From an uncultured Bacteriovoracaceae bacterium (lineage in GTDB: Bacteria > Bdellovibrionota > Bacteriovoracia > Bacteriovoracales > Bacteriovoracaceae): a stretch of 64,000 nucleotides of DNA. The stretch covers positions 22,918 to 86,917 of the forward strand of contig CAXGUD010000016.1 in NCBI GenBank assembly GCA_964012805.1, written 5' to 3'. Shown one piece after another: positions 48,194-58,385 of this stretch. A model generated the notes under the pieces. That model saw only the letters and a list, made by a program, of their open reading frames with translations, did not search any database and was not told the DNA's origin. Each line of letters begins with the position of its first letter. The first letter of the stretch is position 1. A program made the translations under genes and the position numbers.

Positions 48194-49678
48194 CTACATT
48201 TGCAGAAGCGAGTTCACGTTTAACTTACCTTCGGAAACAGACTTTTGTGACATAGAAGGTATTTTGACAGCACTTTCTATGATTGCGCTTTTTACTTCCC
48301 TCCAAGATTTTTCTGGGTGAAGAGACCAATAAAGAGCAGCGGCGCCAGAAACATGTGGGGCGGCCATCGAAGTACCATCCCATGTGACCTTCATGCCAAA
48401 GAGGTCCACAACCGTATCAGAGTATTTGCCTCCAGGAACTGTTGAGAAAACCTTCACTCCTGGTGCACCAATGTCTACAGTAGAGTTACCCCAGTTGGAA
48501 AATTTTCCTAACTGTCCTTGTGAATCAAGTGCCGCTACGCTAATTATAATGTCCATGTCGTAGGATGCTGGATAGGCAGGCTTTGAGTCGTTGTCGTTAC
48601 TGTACCCCTTACCACCTCTACCATTTCCTGCAGCTGCTACAAAAAGAACTCCTTTTTCTTCTGAGAACCTAATCATTTCCTTTAAGGCTTGATTGTCTTT
48701 ATTTTCTTTAGAGTCTTCCCCTTCTGATCCCCATGAGTTCGAAAGAATTTGAGCACCATTTTTTATAGCGTATTCAAGCGACTTAATGGCCCCTGATGTA
48801 GTCCCCTGACCTTTCTCTGAAAGAAACCTTAAGGCCATTATTTTTACATTAGGTGCAACGCCAGCAATACCCTTGCCATTATCTGCTCTAGCCCCAACAT
48901 TACCTGCGCAATGTGTGCCATGACCTGGGTTTCCTCCTCCTAAAATAATCTGAAACATACTTAGTGTTAAATCGAAAGGTTTGTTGTCATTACTTACAAA
49001 GTCCCAACCTACAACATCATCAATAAATCCATTTCCATCATCATCTTTTCCATTTGTAGATTTATCTTGTCCGTTTTCATCTTTGCCTGTTTCACCAGGG
49101 TTACGCCACATATTGGGTTGTAAATCTTCATGAGTATAATCAACACCAGTGTCTAGGACGGCAACAACAATATCTTTGGAGCCTCTTGTTTTTTGCCAGG
49201 CTTTTTTAACTTCAATATCTTTCATCCCCCACTGTTGGTCAAAGTTAGGGTCAGCCCCGTTGCCTCTATCTTCGCTAAAAGGAGGTATAGCTGGATTATC
49301 TTGAGTTTTTCCATTTGTTGGCGCTGGAAAAGGTGAGTTCTTCATTCTTTCAGTAATCATTTCTCTGAGGATAGGGTCTGTAACTTTGAAGTCATTTAAA
49401 AGTTTCACCGGGTAGTCTGGTTGTACGTAAGATACACCAGGGAGGCTTTGGAGGAAGCTTTTCATGTCTCCATTAGAGATAGACTTTGTCGTTGAGGTCT
49501 TTTCAATGAGAAACCATGGTAAAAATTCGAATTTCTTTACTTTGAAACCTTGGTCATTAAGAGTGCTTTGAAAAAAATTAGACTTTGATGTCGTATCATA
49601 TTTGACTAAATAACTCTCTCCAAAACTTTGGTAAGGCAAGATTAAGGCAAACACGATAAGTGAAATTAAAGATTTCAT
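48194..49678 (-). CDS. secreted S8 subtilase with I9-like prodomain
   Basis: Signal peptide, YLVKY...VSYVQPDY prodomain, VLDTG, DDDGNGFIDDVVGWDF, HGTHCAG, GTSMAAPHV; AAGGAGGG RBS. Confidence 0.95.
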   Translation of the reverse strand: MKSLISLIVFALILPYQSFGESYLVKYDTTSKSNFFQSTLNDQGFKVKKFEFLPWFLIEKTSTTKSISNGDMKSFLQSLPGVSYVQPDYPVKLLNDFKVTDPILREMITERMKNSPFPAPTNGKTQDNPAIPPFSEDRGNGADPNFDQQWGMKDIEVKKAWQKTRGSKDIVVAVLDTGVDYTHEDLQPNMWRNPGETGKDENGQDKSTNGKDDDGNGFIDDVVGWDFVSNDNKPFDLTLSMFQIILGGGNPGHGTHCAGNVGARADNGKGIAGVAPNVKIMALRFLSEKGQGTTSGAIKSLEYAIKNGAQILSNSWGSEGEDSKENKDNQALKEMIRFSEEKGVLFVAAAGNGRGGKGYSNDNDSKPAYPASYDMDIIISVAALDSQGQLGKFSNWGNSTVDIGAPGVKVFSTVPGGKYSDTVVDLFGMKVTWDGTSMAAPHVSGAAALYWSLHPEKSWREVKSAIIESAVKIPSMSQKSVSEGKLNVNSLLQM

Positions 49679-49725
49679 TGACCCTCCTTGGTTATCTTCA
49701 TTTTAATTCTATTTTTTTTTTAACA

Positions 49726-50961
49726 TTAATTCAATAATTCTTGGATATTTTCCTTTTTATTATTTTTTTTGCGGTTAATTTTTATAGCCAAAAAAAGGCT
49801 CAACAAAAGAAGGATTATAGAAAGGTAACCTGACTTTTCAAAATGAAGAAAGCGGTTATTTTCCTCTACAATAATTAGACCACCAATAAACGTAGCTAAC
49901 GCAGATCCAAGGGATCTAAAAGAGTTTAAAAGAACTAGAAAGGTCCCTCTATCCCTGTCATCAGGTAAGCTGCTAATGAGTGTTATGCAGGGTATCATTC
50001 TGCCTGTTACAATCGTCATGAAAAGTGTACCCATAAGAATATATGAGACTTGGTCCATGGGCCCAGCATGAGTGTAAATTACAACGGGAATGATAGAAAC
50101 AATAGCTAAGAAAATGTACATCTTAAGAGGGCCCTTGTTATCTGTAAGCTTTCCAAATAACCTTGCTGTAAAAATAGTCGCTACTCCTCCAAAGAAATAC
50201 ATATACTTCATCCCACTTGTTGGAATGAGACAGTTTTTTACTGCATAAGGTGCCAAGTACGGAATAAGAATAAACATTGTGAACGCTGCGGTAAATATAA
50301 GAAGGTACCCGTTCAGGTAAGGTGGGTGCAGGGAAATAGAAAAATATCTTTTAAGGACTTCTCTAGGCTTTCTTTTTTTGAGGGCCATAGGTATTGAAGG
50401 AAGAATATAAACTGCTAATAAAAGGATCATGAGAGAGAGAAGTGAGATACTAAAAAATGTCCAGGGTGTACCAATGAGTTCTGCAATAAAGAGTCCTGAA
50501 GGTACCCCTATAACTGAAGCAAAGGAAAAAGAGCTCATAACAACTCCGAGAGCTTTTCCTCGCCTTTTATAAGGAATAATTTCTGTCACAAAAATTAAGA
50601 TAAGAGCGTTAAGAATCCCTCCAAAAACTCCTGTTATGATTCGTGCAAGAAAAAGAAAATAAAAATCCTCTGCAAACCCACAGAGTGCGGTTCCTAAAAT
50701 AAATCCAAAAGTTGTCCATATAAGGACTTTCTTTTTGGGAAAGCTGTCGGCCAGTGCTCCGAAGAGGAGTCCACTAATTCCTCCTGCAATATTATAGCTT
50801 GAAACTAAGCTCCCAAATTGTATTGGTGAAATTTGAAATTGTTTCATTAGAAATGGACCTAGAGGCATTAGAATAACAAAATCCAGGATGTGAGCAAATT
50901 GAAGCGCTGCGAGCACAAGGATTATATGTTTTTCTTTAAAAGCAGTCGTTTCTGGTTTCAT
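49726..50961 (-). CDS. MFS transporter
   Basis: About 12 TM segments; GALADSFPKK, ARIITG, RRGKALG, GKLTDNKG. Confidence 0.92.
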   Translation of the reverse strand: MKPETTAFKEKHIILVLAALQFAHILDFVILMPLGPFLMKQFQISPIQFGSLVSSYNIAGGISGLLFGALADSFPKKKVLIWTTFGFILGTALCGFAEDFYFLFLARIITGVFGGILNALILIFVTEIIPYKRRGKALGVVMSSFSFASVIGVPSGLFIAELIGTPWTFFSISLLSLMILLLAVYILPSIPMALKKRKPREVLKRYFSISLHPPYLNGYLLIFTAAFTMFILIPYLAPYAVKNCLIPTSGMKYMYFFGGVATIFTARLFGKLTDNKGPLKMYIFLAIVSIIPVVIYTHAGPMDQVSYILMGTLFMTIVTGRMIPCITLISSLPDDRDRGTFLVLLNSFRSLGSALATFIGGLIIVEENNRFLHFEKSGYLSIILLLLSLFLAIKINRKKNNKKENIQELLN

Positions 50962-51084
50962 AAAATGGCCGGCGCAATGGTTTGCACTTTGTTAGGAACT
51001 GGAGCATAAATAACGCTCTTATTAATCTTATATTAGAAAAAAATTTAAGGAACGAAAAAGTATATACACATTGTTTAAGAAAAA

Positions 51085-51159
51085 TGGAGCGCGTGACAAG
51101 AGTTGAACTTGCGACATCCACCATGGCAAGGTGGCGCTCTACCACTGAGCTACACGCGC
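51085..51159 (-). tRNA. tRNA-Gly (GCC)
   Basis: GCGCGTG acceptor stem, AGCTCAGTGGTAGAGC D arm, CCACC-TTGCCAT-GGTGG anticodon arm, GTTCAACTC T loop, U73 and encoded CCA. Confidence 0.97.
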
Positions 51160-51194
51160 TTAACAAGAAGTAAAAATATATAGTCTTTCTATCT

Positions 51195-52250
51195 TCATTC
51201 TGTCAAATAATTTATAGTTTTTCCCTGTTTATTGATGAGTTGGCCGGAAAACTCGTATTTTTCAGGATTAAAAGCACTTGTTTTTCCTTCTCCCCCAGGG
51301 ATATCAACAACGTATTGAGGAATGGCCCATCCAGGAAGTATATTTCTTAGTTTTGCGTAAATTTTGCGACCCTCCTCAATGGGAAGATAAAAGTGCATAG
51401 CACCTTTTACAAGGTCAGGATGATGCATGTAGTAAGGCTGGACGTCTAGTTCAGCCAGTTTTAAAAAGAGTTTTTTTAAAGTGTCCACATTATCGTTTAC
51501 CCCTTTAAGAAGGACTGTTTGAGAGAGAAGTGTCGCCTTTGTTTCTTTAAGTTTAAGAATAGCTTCTTCAACTTCATGATCTATTTCTTCTCTATGATTT
51601 GAATGGAGTGCAATAGAGACTTTTTTAAAATGCTTTCTTGCTTTTTTGATTATACTGCAAAAGTTTTTAGTTATTCTGGCAGGTAGAATGATTGGGGTTC
51701 TTGTATGGAACCTTATATATTTTATAGATTTCAGCTCTCCAAACTTTTCTAAGTATTCCTGAATTTGATTGTCGCCTAGGATAAGAGGGTCGCCACCTGT
51801 AAAAATAATTTCTTCTATTTCTTCATGTTGGCGAAGGTACTTTATGACCTCATCAAACTTGGGTTTAAATAGCGGAAGCTTTTGATTGAGCTCATTTTTT
51901 CTAAAGCAATAGCGACAAATGATAGGGCAATTTGTTGTTGGGGTAAAAAGGGCCCTATTTTTATATCTGTGGATAAGTTGGGGAACTTTTTGAAACTCTT
52001 GATCCCCTATAGGATCAGTTGATCCAATGTTTTGCTCTTCTTCTTCATCTTCTATTTTATTAGGAAGAAATTGCTTTCCTAAGGGACCTTTAATGTTTTT
52101 TATTTTTTTTGCATATGCTTTTGGTAAAAAAAGAGGGTAAGACTTACTTTGTTTAAAATCATCTTCGTTCCCCTCAAAAAAACGATTAAGTTCTCTTGAG
52201 TTTTTTATTGAATTTCTGAATTCTTCTTTCCAAACACTTTCAACTTTCAT
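51195..52250 (-). CDS. KamA/EpmB family radical-SAM lysine 2,3-aminomutase
   Basis: IHRYKNR, CPIICRYCFR, FTGGDPL, RFHTR, QTVLLKGVND, QPYY, DIPGGEGK; ATG 52250 overlaps the upstream stop (ATGA). Confidence 0.93.
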   Translation of the reverse strand: MKVESVWKEEFRNSIKNSRELNRFFEGNEDDFKQSKSYPLFLPKAYAKKIKNIKGPLGKQFLPNKIEDEEEEQNIGSTDPIGDQEFQKVPQLIHRYKNRALFTPTTNCPIICRYCFRKNELNQKLPLFKPKFDEVIKYLRQHEEIEEIIFTGGDPLILGDNQIQEYLEKFGELKSIKYIRFHTRTPIILPARITKNFCSIIKKARKHFKKVSIALHSNHREEIDHEVEEAILKLKETKATLLSQTVLLKGVNDNVDTLKKLFLKLAELDVQPYYMHHPDLVKGAMHFYLPIEEGRKIYAKLRNILPGWAIPQYVVDIPGGEGKTSAFNPEKYEFSGQLINKQGKTINYLTE

Positions 52251-52468
52251 TTTTTTTGTTCTTTTTTCCAGTGATACTGTCCCCAATATGCGCAGCCTCG
52301 AATTAAAAGAGCACCGTAAAGGGCCATACCTAGGAAGTGGTATAGAACTTCGGAAAATTCTAACCTTCCCGATTCGGTCAAGCTAAAATGCATCCACTTT
52401 AAAAGAACAAGATGCAGTAATAAAATAATAAGTTGTTGGAAGCGGTAAAAAAGGCGTTTTGTTTTCAT
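52247..52468 (-). CDS. small two-TM membrane protein
   Basis: 73 aa with two hydrophobic segments; ATGA overlaps with both neighbours. Confidence 0.75.
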   Translation of the reverse strand: MKTKRLFYRFQQLIILLLHLVLLKWMHFSLTESGRLEFSEVLYHFLGMALYGALLIRGCAYWGQYHWKKEQKK

Positions 52469-53430
52469 TTAACTTTCTTTTCCTTTTCTGTCTTTTTTTC
52501 TTCAAGTTTCCTTTTCCAATCCTCCTCTTCTTCTCTTTTCAATTTTTTTATCTCTGGAATTTTTTTAAGGAGATAAAATTTAAAAAGGTCTGTTTGGAGG
52601 CAATGGGCATAAAGGGAAAGTCCCTGCGGCCTTGGAATAACGCTTATCGGTCTAATCGGTCTAAATTTATTTTTTTGGCTCCCACCATTATATTTGATTT
52701 GAATAAGGTTTCCATCTCTAAGAGATTTTTTCAGGGTATTATGGTGGGTTGATAGACCGGAAAAAGACTTTTGTGCGAAATCTTTAAAGTTAAGCTGGTA
52801 AGACTCTTTTAAAAACGATGTTTTAGTTTTGTTACTTAGATCGTCTTCCTCCATTTGAGTAAGTCCTTTTATGAAGACTTTAAGACAAGCAACAGCATCG
52901 TCGAAAGCTCTGTGGTGGTTTTCAAGGGGAATCCCTAGCTTTTTTACAAGAAAGCTCAGTTTGTGACTTGGAAAACTAGAGAAGGTTTTTCGAGAGAGTT
53001 TTACACTGCAATAAACATCGTTAGAAGTGAAGGGGAGGTTTAGCTCTGAATAATTTTGGGCAAGAAAACCTATATCGAAAAGAGCATTGTGCGCAAGAAG
53101 AGCTTTACCATTTATAAAGTTGCTAAAACTTTTTAAAACCTCTGCTCTTTCGGGAGCATCTTTAACCATTGAGTTCGTAATGCCATGAATAGCAATAACT
53201 TTTTCTGGTATTTCAATAGGCGGGTGAACGAGTGTGGAAAAAGTTTCTTCCTCTTCTTGAGTTATTTTAAGGGCAGATATTTCAACTATGTGGTCAAAAG
53301 TGGGGGACAAGCCTGTTGTTTCAAGGTCAAAAGCAATAATGCCTTTCGGAAAAAATTTAAAAAGTGTTTCTCTTTCAAGTTCTGTAAAGAGAGGTTGGCC
53401 AGGAAAAGTTTTTTTATTCATATTTGGCAT
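52465..53430 (-). CDS. DEDDh 3'-5' exonuclease (DnaQ-like) with C-terminal WYL-like domain
   Basis: FDLETTG, IHGIT, AHNALFD, HRAFDDA; C-terminal IQIKYNGG...RPIRP...LYAHC...KFYLLKKI follows the WYL pattern. Confidence 0.88.
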   Translation of the reverse strand: MPNMNKKTFPGQPLFTELERETLFKFFPKGIIAFDLETTGLSPTFDHIVEISALKITQEEEETFSTLVHPPIEIPEKVIAIHGITNSMVKDAPERAEVLKSFSNFINGKALLAHNALFDIGFLAQNYSELNLPFTSNDVYCSVKLSRKTFSSFPSHKLSFLVKKLGIPLENHHRAFDDAVACLKVFIKGLTQMEEDDLSNKTKTSFLKESYQLNFKDFAQKSFSGLSTHHNTLKKSLRDGNLIQIKYNGGSQKNKFRPIRPISVIPRPQGLSLYAHCLQTDLFKFYLLKKIPEIKKLKREEEEDWKRKLEEKKTEKEKKVK

Positions 53431-53568
53431 TTCTTAAGTTTGAATTTTTAGCGGCAATTGTTTGTATCAGCCTTATAAATTTGGTAATTATGATTACCTA
53501 ACTTTTTGGTTTTAAGCAGTAAGCCAAATTACTTAAATCTTCATTGTTTTTCAAGTTGAGGATAAAAA

Positions 53569-54957
53569 ATGAAAAAATTCGACGTTGTTGTATTAGGAGC
53601 AGGCCCAGGTGGATATGTCGCAGCCATTAGGGCAAGCCAATTAGGAAAGAAAGTGGCCATTATTGAGATGGATAAGCTTGGCGGTGTGTGCCTGAATAGA
53701 GGGTGTATTCCGACAAAAGCCCTTTTGAAATCGGCCCACTCTGTCCATGAAGTCAGTAGTTTTAAAGACTTAGGAATTAATGTAGATGTAAAGTCTCTTG
53801 ATGGCGGACAAGCGGTTAGGCGCGCAGCATCTATTTCCAACAGGATTTCTAAGGGTGTTTCATTTTTGATGAAAAAAAATAAAATTGAGGTCATTGAAGG
53901 TAAGGGGACTCTTGCATCCTCTCAATCAATAAACGTCGTACTAAAAGACGGAAAAAAAGAAAAAGTTGATGCCACAGATATTATTATTGCTTCTGGTGCA
54001 GGCTACAGGACTTTTCCAGGCCTTGAGCACGATAACAAGCGCCTTGTAGGAGCTTGGGAGGCGCTGGCCATTGAAAAACTCCCTAAATCTGTTGGTATTA
54101 TTGGAGCAGGCGCAATTGGTGTTGAGTTCGCTTATTTTTGGAATGCATTTGGTGTTGATGTTCACATTTTTGAAATGATGCCTAACCTTCTCCCTATTGA
54201 GGACACAGACTCCTCGGTGGAGCTTGAAAAAGCCTATAAGAAATATGGCATAAAAATGTCACTAGGCGTTGATAAGGTTCAAGCGAAAAATAATGGCCCA
54301 GACGTTACAATTACATGCGTTGAAAAAGGTAAAGAGACAAAGCATCAGTTTGAAATGGGTCTTATTGCTGTTGGTATGACAGGAAATATCGATAATATTG
54401 GGCTTGAAAAAGTGGGTGTTCAAACAGATAGAGGATTTATTAAGGTTAATGAATCCTTTCAAACAAATGTTCCCCATGTATACGCGATTGGAGATGTTTC
54501 TGGGCCTCCATTGTTGGCTCATGCAGCAAGTCATGAGGGAGTTATTGCCGCTGAACATTTATCTGGTTTGAAGCCCCATCCCTTAGATAAAATGAATATT
54601 CCAGGTTGTACATATTGCCAGCCCCAGGTAGCTTCTGTTGGTTACACGGAAAGGGGATTGAAAGAAAAAGGGATCAAGTATAGTGTAGGGAAGCTTCCTT
54701 TTATGGCCAATGGAAAAGCGGTGGCCAGTAACGAGAAAGAAGGCTTTGTTAAAGTTTTGATGGGAGAGCACGGAGAGATGTTGGGTGCACATATAGTAGG
54801 AACCAACGCAACAGAGCTTATCCATGAATATACCCTTTTTAGGGCAATGGAAGGAATTGATGAAGAGATTTTTGCTACTGTTCATCCGCATCCGACTTTA
54901 GGAGAATGGCTGGGTGAGACTGTAATGGCAGCAAAAGGTAGATCTCTAAATTTTTAA
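53569..54957 (+). CDS. lpdA: dihydrolipoyl dehydrogenase (E3)
   Basis: GAGPGGYVAA, GGVCLNRGCIPTK, GAGAIGVEFA, LAHAA, HPHPTLGE. Confidence 0.97.
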   Translation: MKKFDVVVLGAGPGGYVAAIRASQLGKKVAIIEMDKLGGVCLNRGCIPTKALLKSAHSVHEVSSFKDLGINVDVKSLDGGQAVRRAASISNRISKGVSFLMKKNKIEVIEGKGTLASSQSINVVLKDGKKEKVDATDIIIASGAGYRTFPGLEHDNKRLVGAWEALAIEKLPKSVGIIGAGAIGVEFAYFWNAFGVDVHIFEMMPNLLPIEDTDSSVELEKAYKKYGIKMSLGVDKVQAKNNGPDVTITCVEKGKETKHQFEMGLIAVGMTGNIDNIGLEKVGVQTDRGFIKVNESFQTNVPHVYAIGDVSGPPLLAHAASHEGVIAAEHLSGLKPHPLDKMNIPGCTYCQPQVASVGYTERGLKEKGIKYSVGKLPFMANGKAVASNEKEGFVKVLMGEHGEMLGAHIVGTNATELIHEYTLFRAMEGIDEEIFATVHPHPTLGEWLGETVMAAKGRSLNF

Positions 54958-54976
54958 ACGAAAATTATGATGAGGA

Positions 54977-56308
54977 GTGGCTGTTATGGCACGAGTTGAA
55001 ATTGTAATGCCTCAGATGGGCGAGTCGATTACGAACGGGACAATAAAAAAGTGGAATAAAAATATAGGCGAAGTTGTCGAGCTTGATGAAATTATTTTAG
55101 AAATTTCTACTGACAAAGTGGAGTCTGAAATTCCTTCTCCTGTGAAAGGGCGCCTGGAAGTGATCCATTATAAAGAAGGGGATACTGTTGATGTCGGGAT
55201 CCTGATTGCTGAAGTTGAAACTGATCTATCCCAGCCAATGAGTGCTGGGTCTCAGAGCCCTACTTCTTCTGGAGATTCAAAGGATGCACAAGTGCCTCAA
55301 AAAGAATCTACCTCTCAAAAACCAGCTGAAAGTGGGGCATCCACAGCTGCTCCTGCTTCAGGCGGGGAAAGGCGTTTTTATACGCCATTAGTTAAAGCCA
55401 TGGCCAAGGAGGCAGGGATACCTCTTAGTGACTTGGAGGGAATCTCAGGGTCTGGAGCTGGAGGTAGGATCAATAAAAGTGATCTTCTTCAGTACATTGA
55501 AAATCGTTCTGGAAAAGGGGCTACTGCTTCTGCCCAAGCGGCACAAGCTCAGTCACCTGCTCCAACACATACACCTGTTCAGGAAGTTAAGGGGAGCTAT
55601 AATCCCGCTCTTATTGAAACGATTCCAATGGATAATATGAGAAAGGCCATAGCCAAAAATATGGTTCTTTCAAAGCAAATTTCTCCACACGTGAACTCTG
55701 TGTCTGAAGTTGACTTAACTCATCTTGTTAAGTTTAGAGAAGGTTTTAAGAATGAGTTTCAAAAACAGGAAGGCTTCAAGCTGACTTACACACCATTCAT
55801 AATGAAGGCCATTATAGATGCATTAAAAGAATACCCTTTGGTAAATTCTTCCATTGAAGGGGATGATGTTATCCAAAAAAGGTATATTAACTTAGGATTT
55901 GCAGTCGCAGTTCCTGGTCAAGGTTTAACAGTACCAAATGTTAAGGATGCTGACACCCTCAATATGACTGGGCTTTGCCGTGCTTTGAATCGGCTTGCTG
56001 ATAAGGCCCGTAATAGGAAGCTTACCCTTGATGAAATGAGTGATGGGACTTTTACTTTTAGTAATGTGGGATCATTTGGAACACTTTTTGCGACACCAAT
56101 TATTTTACAACCTCAGGTTGGAATTTATGCTTCAGGCGTTATCCAAAAAAGAGTTATGGTTCGCGAAGATGACTCAATAGGTGTTCGCAGCATGATGTAT
56201 GGAACTCATAGCTATGACCACAGGTTAATTGATGGGGAGCTAGGAGGCCTTTTCTTGGAAGCAATCCACAGAAATTTAAGGAATATGAACCCTTCACAAC
56301 TTTTTTAG
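54977..56308 (+). CDS. 2-oxoacid dehydrogenase E2 dihydrolipoamide acyltransferase (SucB/BkdB-like)
   Basis: Lipoyl domain STDKVESEI, E3-binding domain GSGAGGRINKSD, catalytic SYDHRLIDG. Confidence 0.93.
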   Translation: MAVMARVEIVMPQMGESITNGTIKKWNKNIGEVVELDEIILEISTDKVESEIPSPVKGRLEVIHYKEGDTVDVGILIAEVETDLSQPMSAGSQSPTSSGDSKDAQVPQKESTSQKPAESGASTAAPASGGERRFYTPLVKAMAKEAGIPLSDLEGISGSGAGGRINKSDLLQYIENRSGKGATASAQAAQAQSPAPTHTPVQEVKGSYNPALIETIPMDNMRKAIAKNMVLSKQISPHVNSVSEVDLTHLVKFREGFKNEFQKQEGFKLTYTPFIMKAIIDALKEYPLVNSSIEGDDVIQKRYINLGFAVAVPGQGLTVPNVKDADTLNMTGLCRALNRLADKARNRKLTLDEMSDGTFTFSNVGSFGTLFATPIILQPQVGIYASGVIQKRVMVREDDSIGVRSMMYGTHSYDHRLIDGELGGLFLEAIHRNLRNMNPSQLF

Positions 56309-56347
56309 TAAACTTATTTTTTTGAAAGTTAAGTTTTCTTCTTTTTT

Positions 56348-56376
56348 GGGCCTTTTTTAAAGGCCCTTTTTTTTTT
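56348..56376 (+). terminator. intrinsic terminator after lpdA-E2
   Basis: GGGCCTTT-ttt-AAAGGCCC followed by T10. Confidence 0.8.
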
Positions 56377-56434
56377 GAAGCTGAGAAAGCTTTTTCTACT
56401 TGAAGGAGTTTTTAATGGGTTTATAATTGGAGTT

Positions 56435-56806
56435 ATGAAAAAGATACTTTGCGTCGACGACGAAAAATTTATCCATTCTATTTTAAGTGACTTCCTTAAA
56501 GAGGGAGGGCATGAGGTCTCTTCTGCTAAGAATGGGTTAGATGCCTTTTTAATGGCGATCAATACTCAGTTTGACCTCATTTTGACAGATTTCCAAATGC
56601 CTATCATGAATGGCGGAGGTCTTATCCAGTCCCTTAGAGAAAAAGATGGGCCAAATAAAGGAACCCCAGTCATCATAATCTCGGCTTTTTCTGAACCGGC
56701 CAAGAGGTGTACTGAAGGACTTGATAATGTCCACTTTCTAGGAAAGCCAATAATCCTCGATGACCTTAAGTCAGTTGTCGACAAGGCACTTGAAGGCTTG
56801 AACTGA
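56435..56806 (+). CDS. single-domain response regulator (CheY-like)
   Basis: ILCVDDE, LILTDFQMPIMNG, IISA, GKP; ATG 56435 after GGAG. Confidence 0.93.
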   Translation: MKKILCVDDEKFIHSILSDFLKEGGHEVSSAKNGLDAFLMAINTQFDLILTDFQMPIMNGGGLIQSLREKDGPNKGTPVIIISAFSEPAKRCTEGLDNVHFLGKPIILDDLKSVVDKALEGLN

Positions 56807-56815
56807 GCTAATGAT

Positions 56816-57451
56816 TTACTTTTGAATGAGGAAGATGCCGTCTCTTACCGGTAGAAGAGTCCCGTAAACATCTGTATTTTCTGAAATGAAATTATTGATT
56901 TTTTGAATGGCTTGGGTGTTTTGGTCCTGATTGTTTTGATCAAGAACTTTTCCACTCCAAAGGACGTTATCTACCGCAATAATTCCTCTTGGTGAAAGAA
57001 CTTTTAGGCCTGCCTCAAGATAGTCGAGGTAATGAACCTTATCAGCATCAATGAAAATGAAATCAAAAGTTTTATCTAGCGTTTTAACTGTCTCTAAAGC
57101 AGGTCCTATAATGGATTGAATTTTGTGTCCATGAGCCGAGTCCTCCCAAAAGCGCTTAGCTATTCCAACTGTTTCAGAGTTAATATCTAGAGTAACAACT
57201 AAGCCGTCGTTTGGAAGGTTTTCGGCCATACAAAGAGCAGAGTATCCTGTGAAAGTTCCAAATTCCAAAACATTTTTTGCCTTAATTGACCTTAGTAGAA
57301 AACCGAGTAGAGATGCTTCTAGTTCTCCAATAAGCATCTGTGAGTAAGGAACATTATTTTTTGTATACTCTTCAAGGTCTTGGCAAGTTTTTGAAGGTCT
57401 ATTACTTTTTTGAATACAGTATTCGTGTATTTTAGAGTCAGTAACTAACAT
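56816..57451 (-). CDS. O-methyltransferase (caffeoyl-CoA OMT / Methyltransf_3 family)
   Basis: LEFGTFTGYSAL, FDFIFIDADK, DNVLWSG, PVRDG. Confidence 0.92.
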   Translation of the reverse strand: MLVTDSKIHEYCIQKSNRPSKTCQDLEEYTKNNVPYSQMLIGELEASLLGFLLRSIKAKNVLEFGTFTGYSALCMAENLPNDGLVVTLDINSETVGIAKRFWEDSAHGHKIQSIIGPALETVKTLDKTFDFIFIDADKVHYLDYLEAGLKVLSPRGIIAVDNVLWSGKVLDQNNQDQNTQAIQKINNFISENTDVYGTLLPVRDGIFLIQK

Positions 57452-57492
57452 AAAAATTCCTTTTTAATACATTTTTTAATTTTCAGTTAAGA

Positions 57493-58344
57493 CTAATTGG
57501 GTTTTGCCAAAATAATTTTTAAAATTGAGTTCCACCGACTGTGCATATTTTTAAGTGTTTTTTTCGAATTATTATTTAGTTTATGGTTTCCTTTAGAAAC
57601 CCTCATATGAAAAGAGTTCCATGCTAAGTTGAGGTCCCCCAAACGAGAAAGTATATAGGAGGAGTCCTTTTCTATGACGACTTTTCTCTCAAGGTTTTGT
57701 ATAAAGTTTACCCTTAGAAACTCAAAGTTTTTCTTCATTTTTTCATCGAGAAAAAGGGTTAATAGGTTTCCTGAATGAATGGATATTTTTTGAAGAAGGT
57801 TTCTTATTTTTTCCCATTTTTTCTTTGAGTAAAGTGATTCGTCGTTTAATTTAAGAAGGAGGTACTCTTCAAGTAGATGTAAGGCTCTATAATTATAATT
57901 TTGGATTATTCCCAATTGTTCATTTAACTTCAGCTTTGCTTCAAGGTTGCTTTTTTTTGGGTCTACTTTTGAGGTAAGAAATATGAATGTTTTTTTGTCA
58001 AACTTAATAAGCTTAGAGTGAAGGGTTTTAAAGGCTTTCTCACATAAAAAGTCTTTGGCGGCAAAACACTTTTTTGATTCCATTTCCCAATTTGAGTAAA
58101 TTTGATTGAAATGATTTTGAAAGGTTATGGATTGCCCATGAAAAGGATCCATCTTTTTTAAAATAAAATAATATTCAGCCACAATGCTTCTAATTTGAGG
58201 TTTGATATACCTATTGAATTCACGGCTTGAAATGAGGTTATTTTTTTTTTCAAAGTAGTAATAAGGATAGGATAATGCGTTTTGTCCCAGAAATAGGAAA
58301 CATAATAAAGAGATAAGAGAAATGGTGAATTTTAGAATCTTCAT
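57493..58344 (-). CDS. secreted helical hypothetical protein
   Basis: Signal peptide; basic, helix-rich; no recognised motif. Confidence 0.75.
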   Translation of the reverse strand: MKILKFTISLISLLCFLFLGQNALSYPYYYFEKKNNLISSREFNRYIKPQIRSIVAEYYFILKKMDPFHGQSITFQNHFNQIYSNWEMESKKCFAAKDFLCEKAFKTLHSKLIKFDKKTFIFLTSKVDPKKSNLEAKLKLNEQLGIIQNYNYRALHLLEEYLLLKLNDESLYSKKKWEKIRNLLQKISIHSGNLLTLFLDEKMKKNFEFLRVNFIQNLERKVVIEKDSSYILSRLGDLNLAWNSFHMRVSKGNHKLNNNSKKTLKNMHSRWNSILKIILAKPN

Positions 58345-58385
58345 AGTCGGATTGTCTTTTAATTGAAAGGCAATGTCAAAAAACG

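Noticed and set aside
44700..51159. Genomic island integrated at tRNA-Gly
   Set aside because: No integrase or transposase, and no duplicated tRNA 3' end noticed by eye; AT-richness is confined to TM-coding and intergenic DNA
50936..51173. Short ORFs on both strands around 51.1 kb
   Set aside because: They overlap the tRNA-Gly gene
48014..53430. RiPP cluster (small peptide, S8 protease, MFS, radical SAM)
   Set aside because: The radical SAM is a PLP-type KamA without a SPASM or RRE domain, the peptide has a lipoprotein signal on the opposite strand, and a tRNA interrupts the genes
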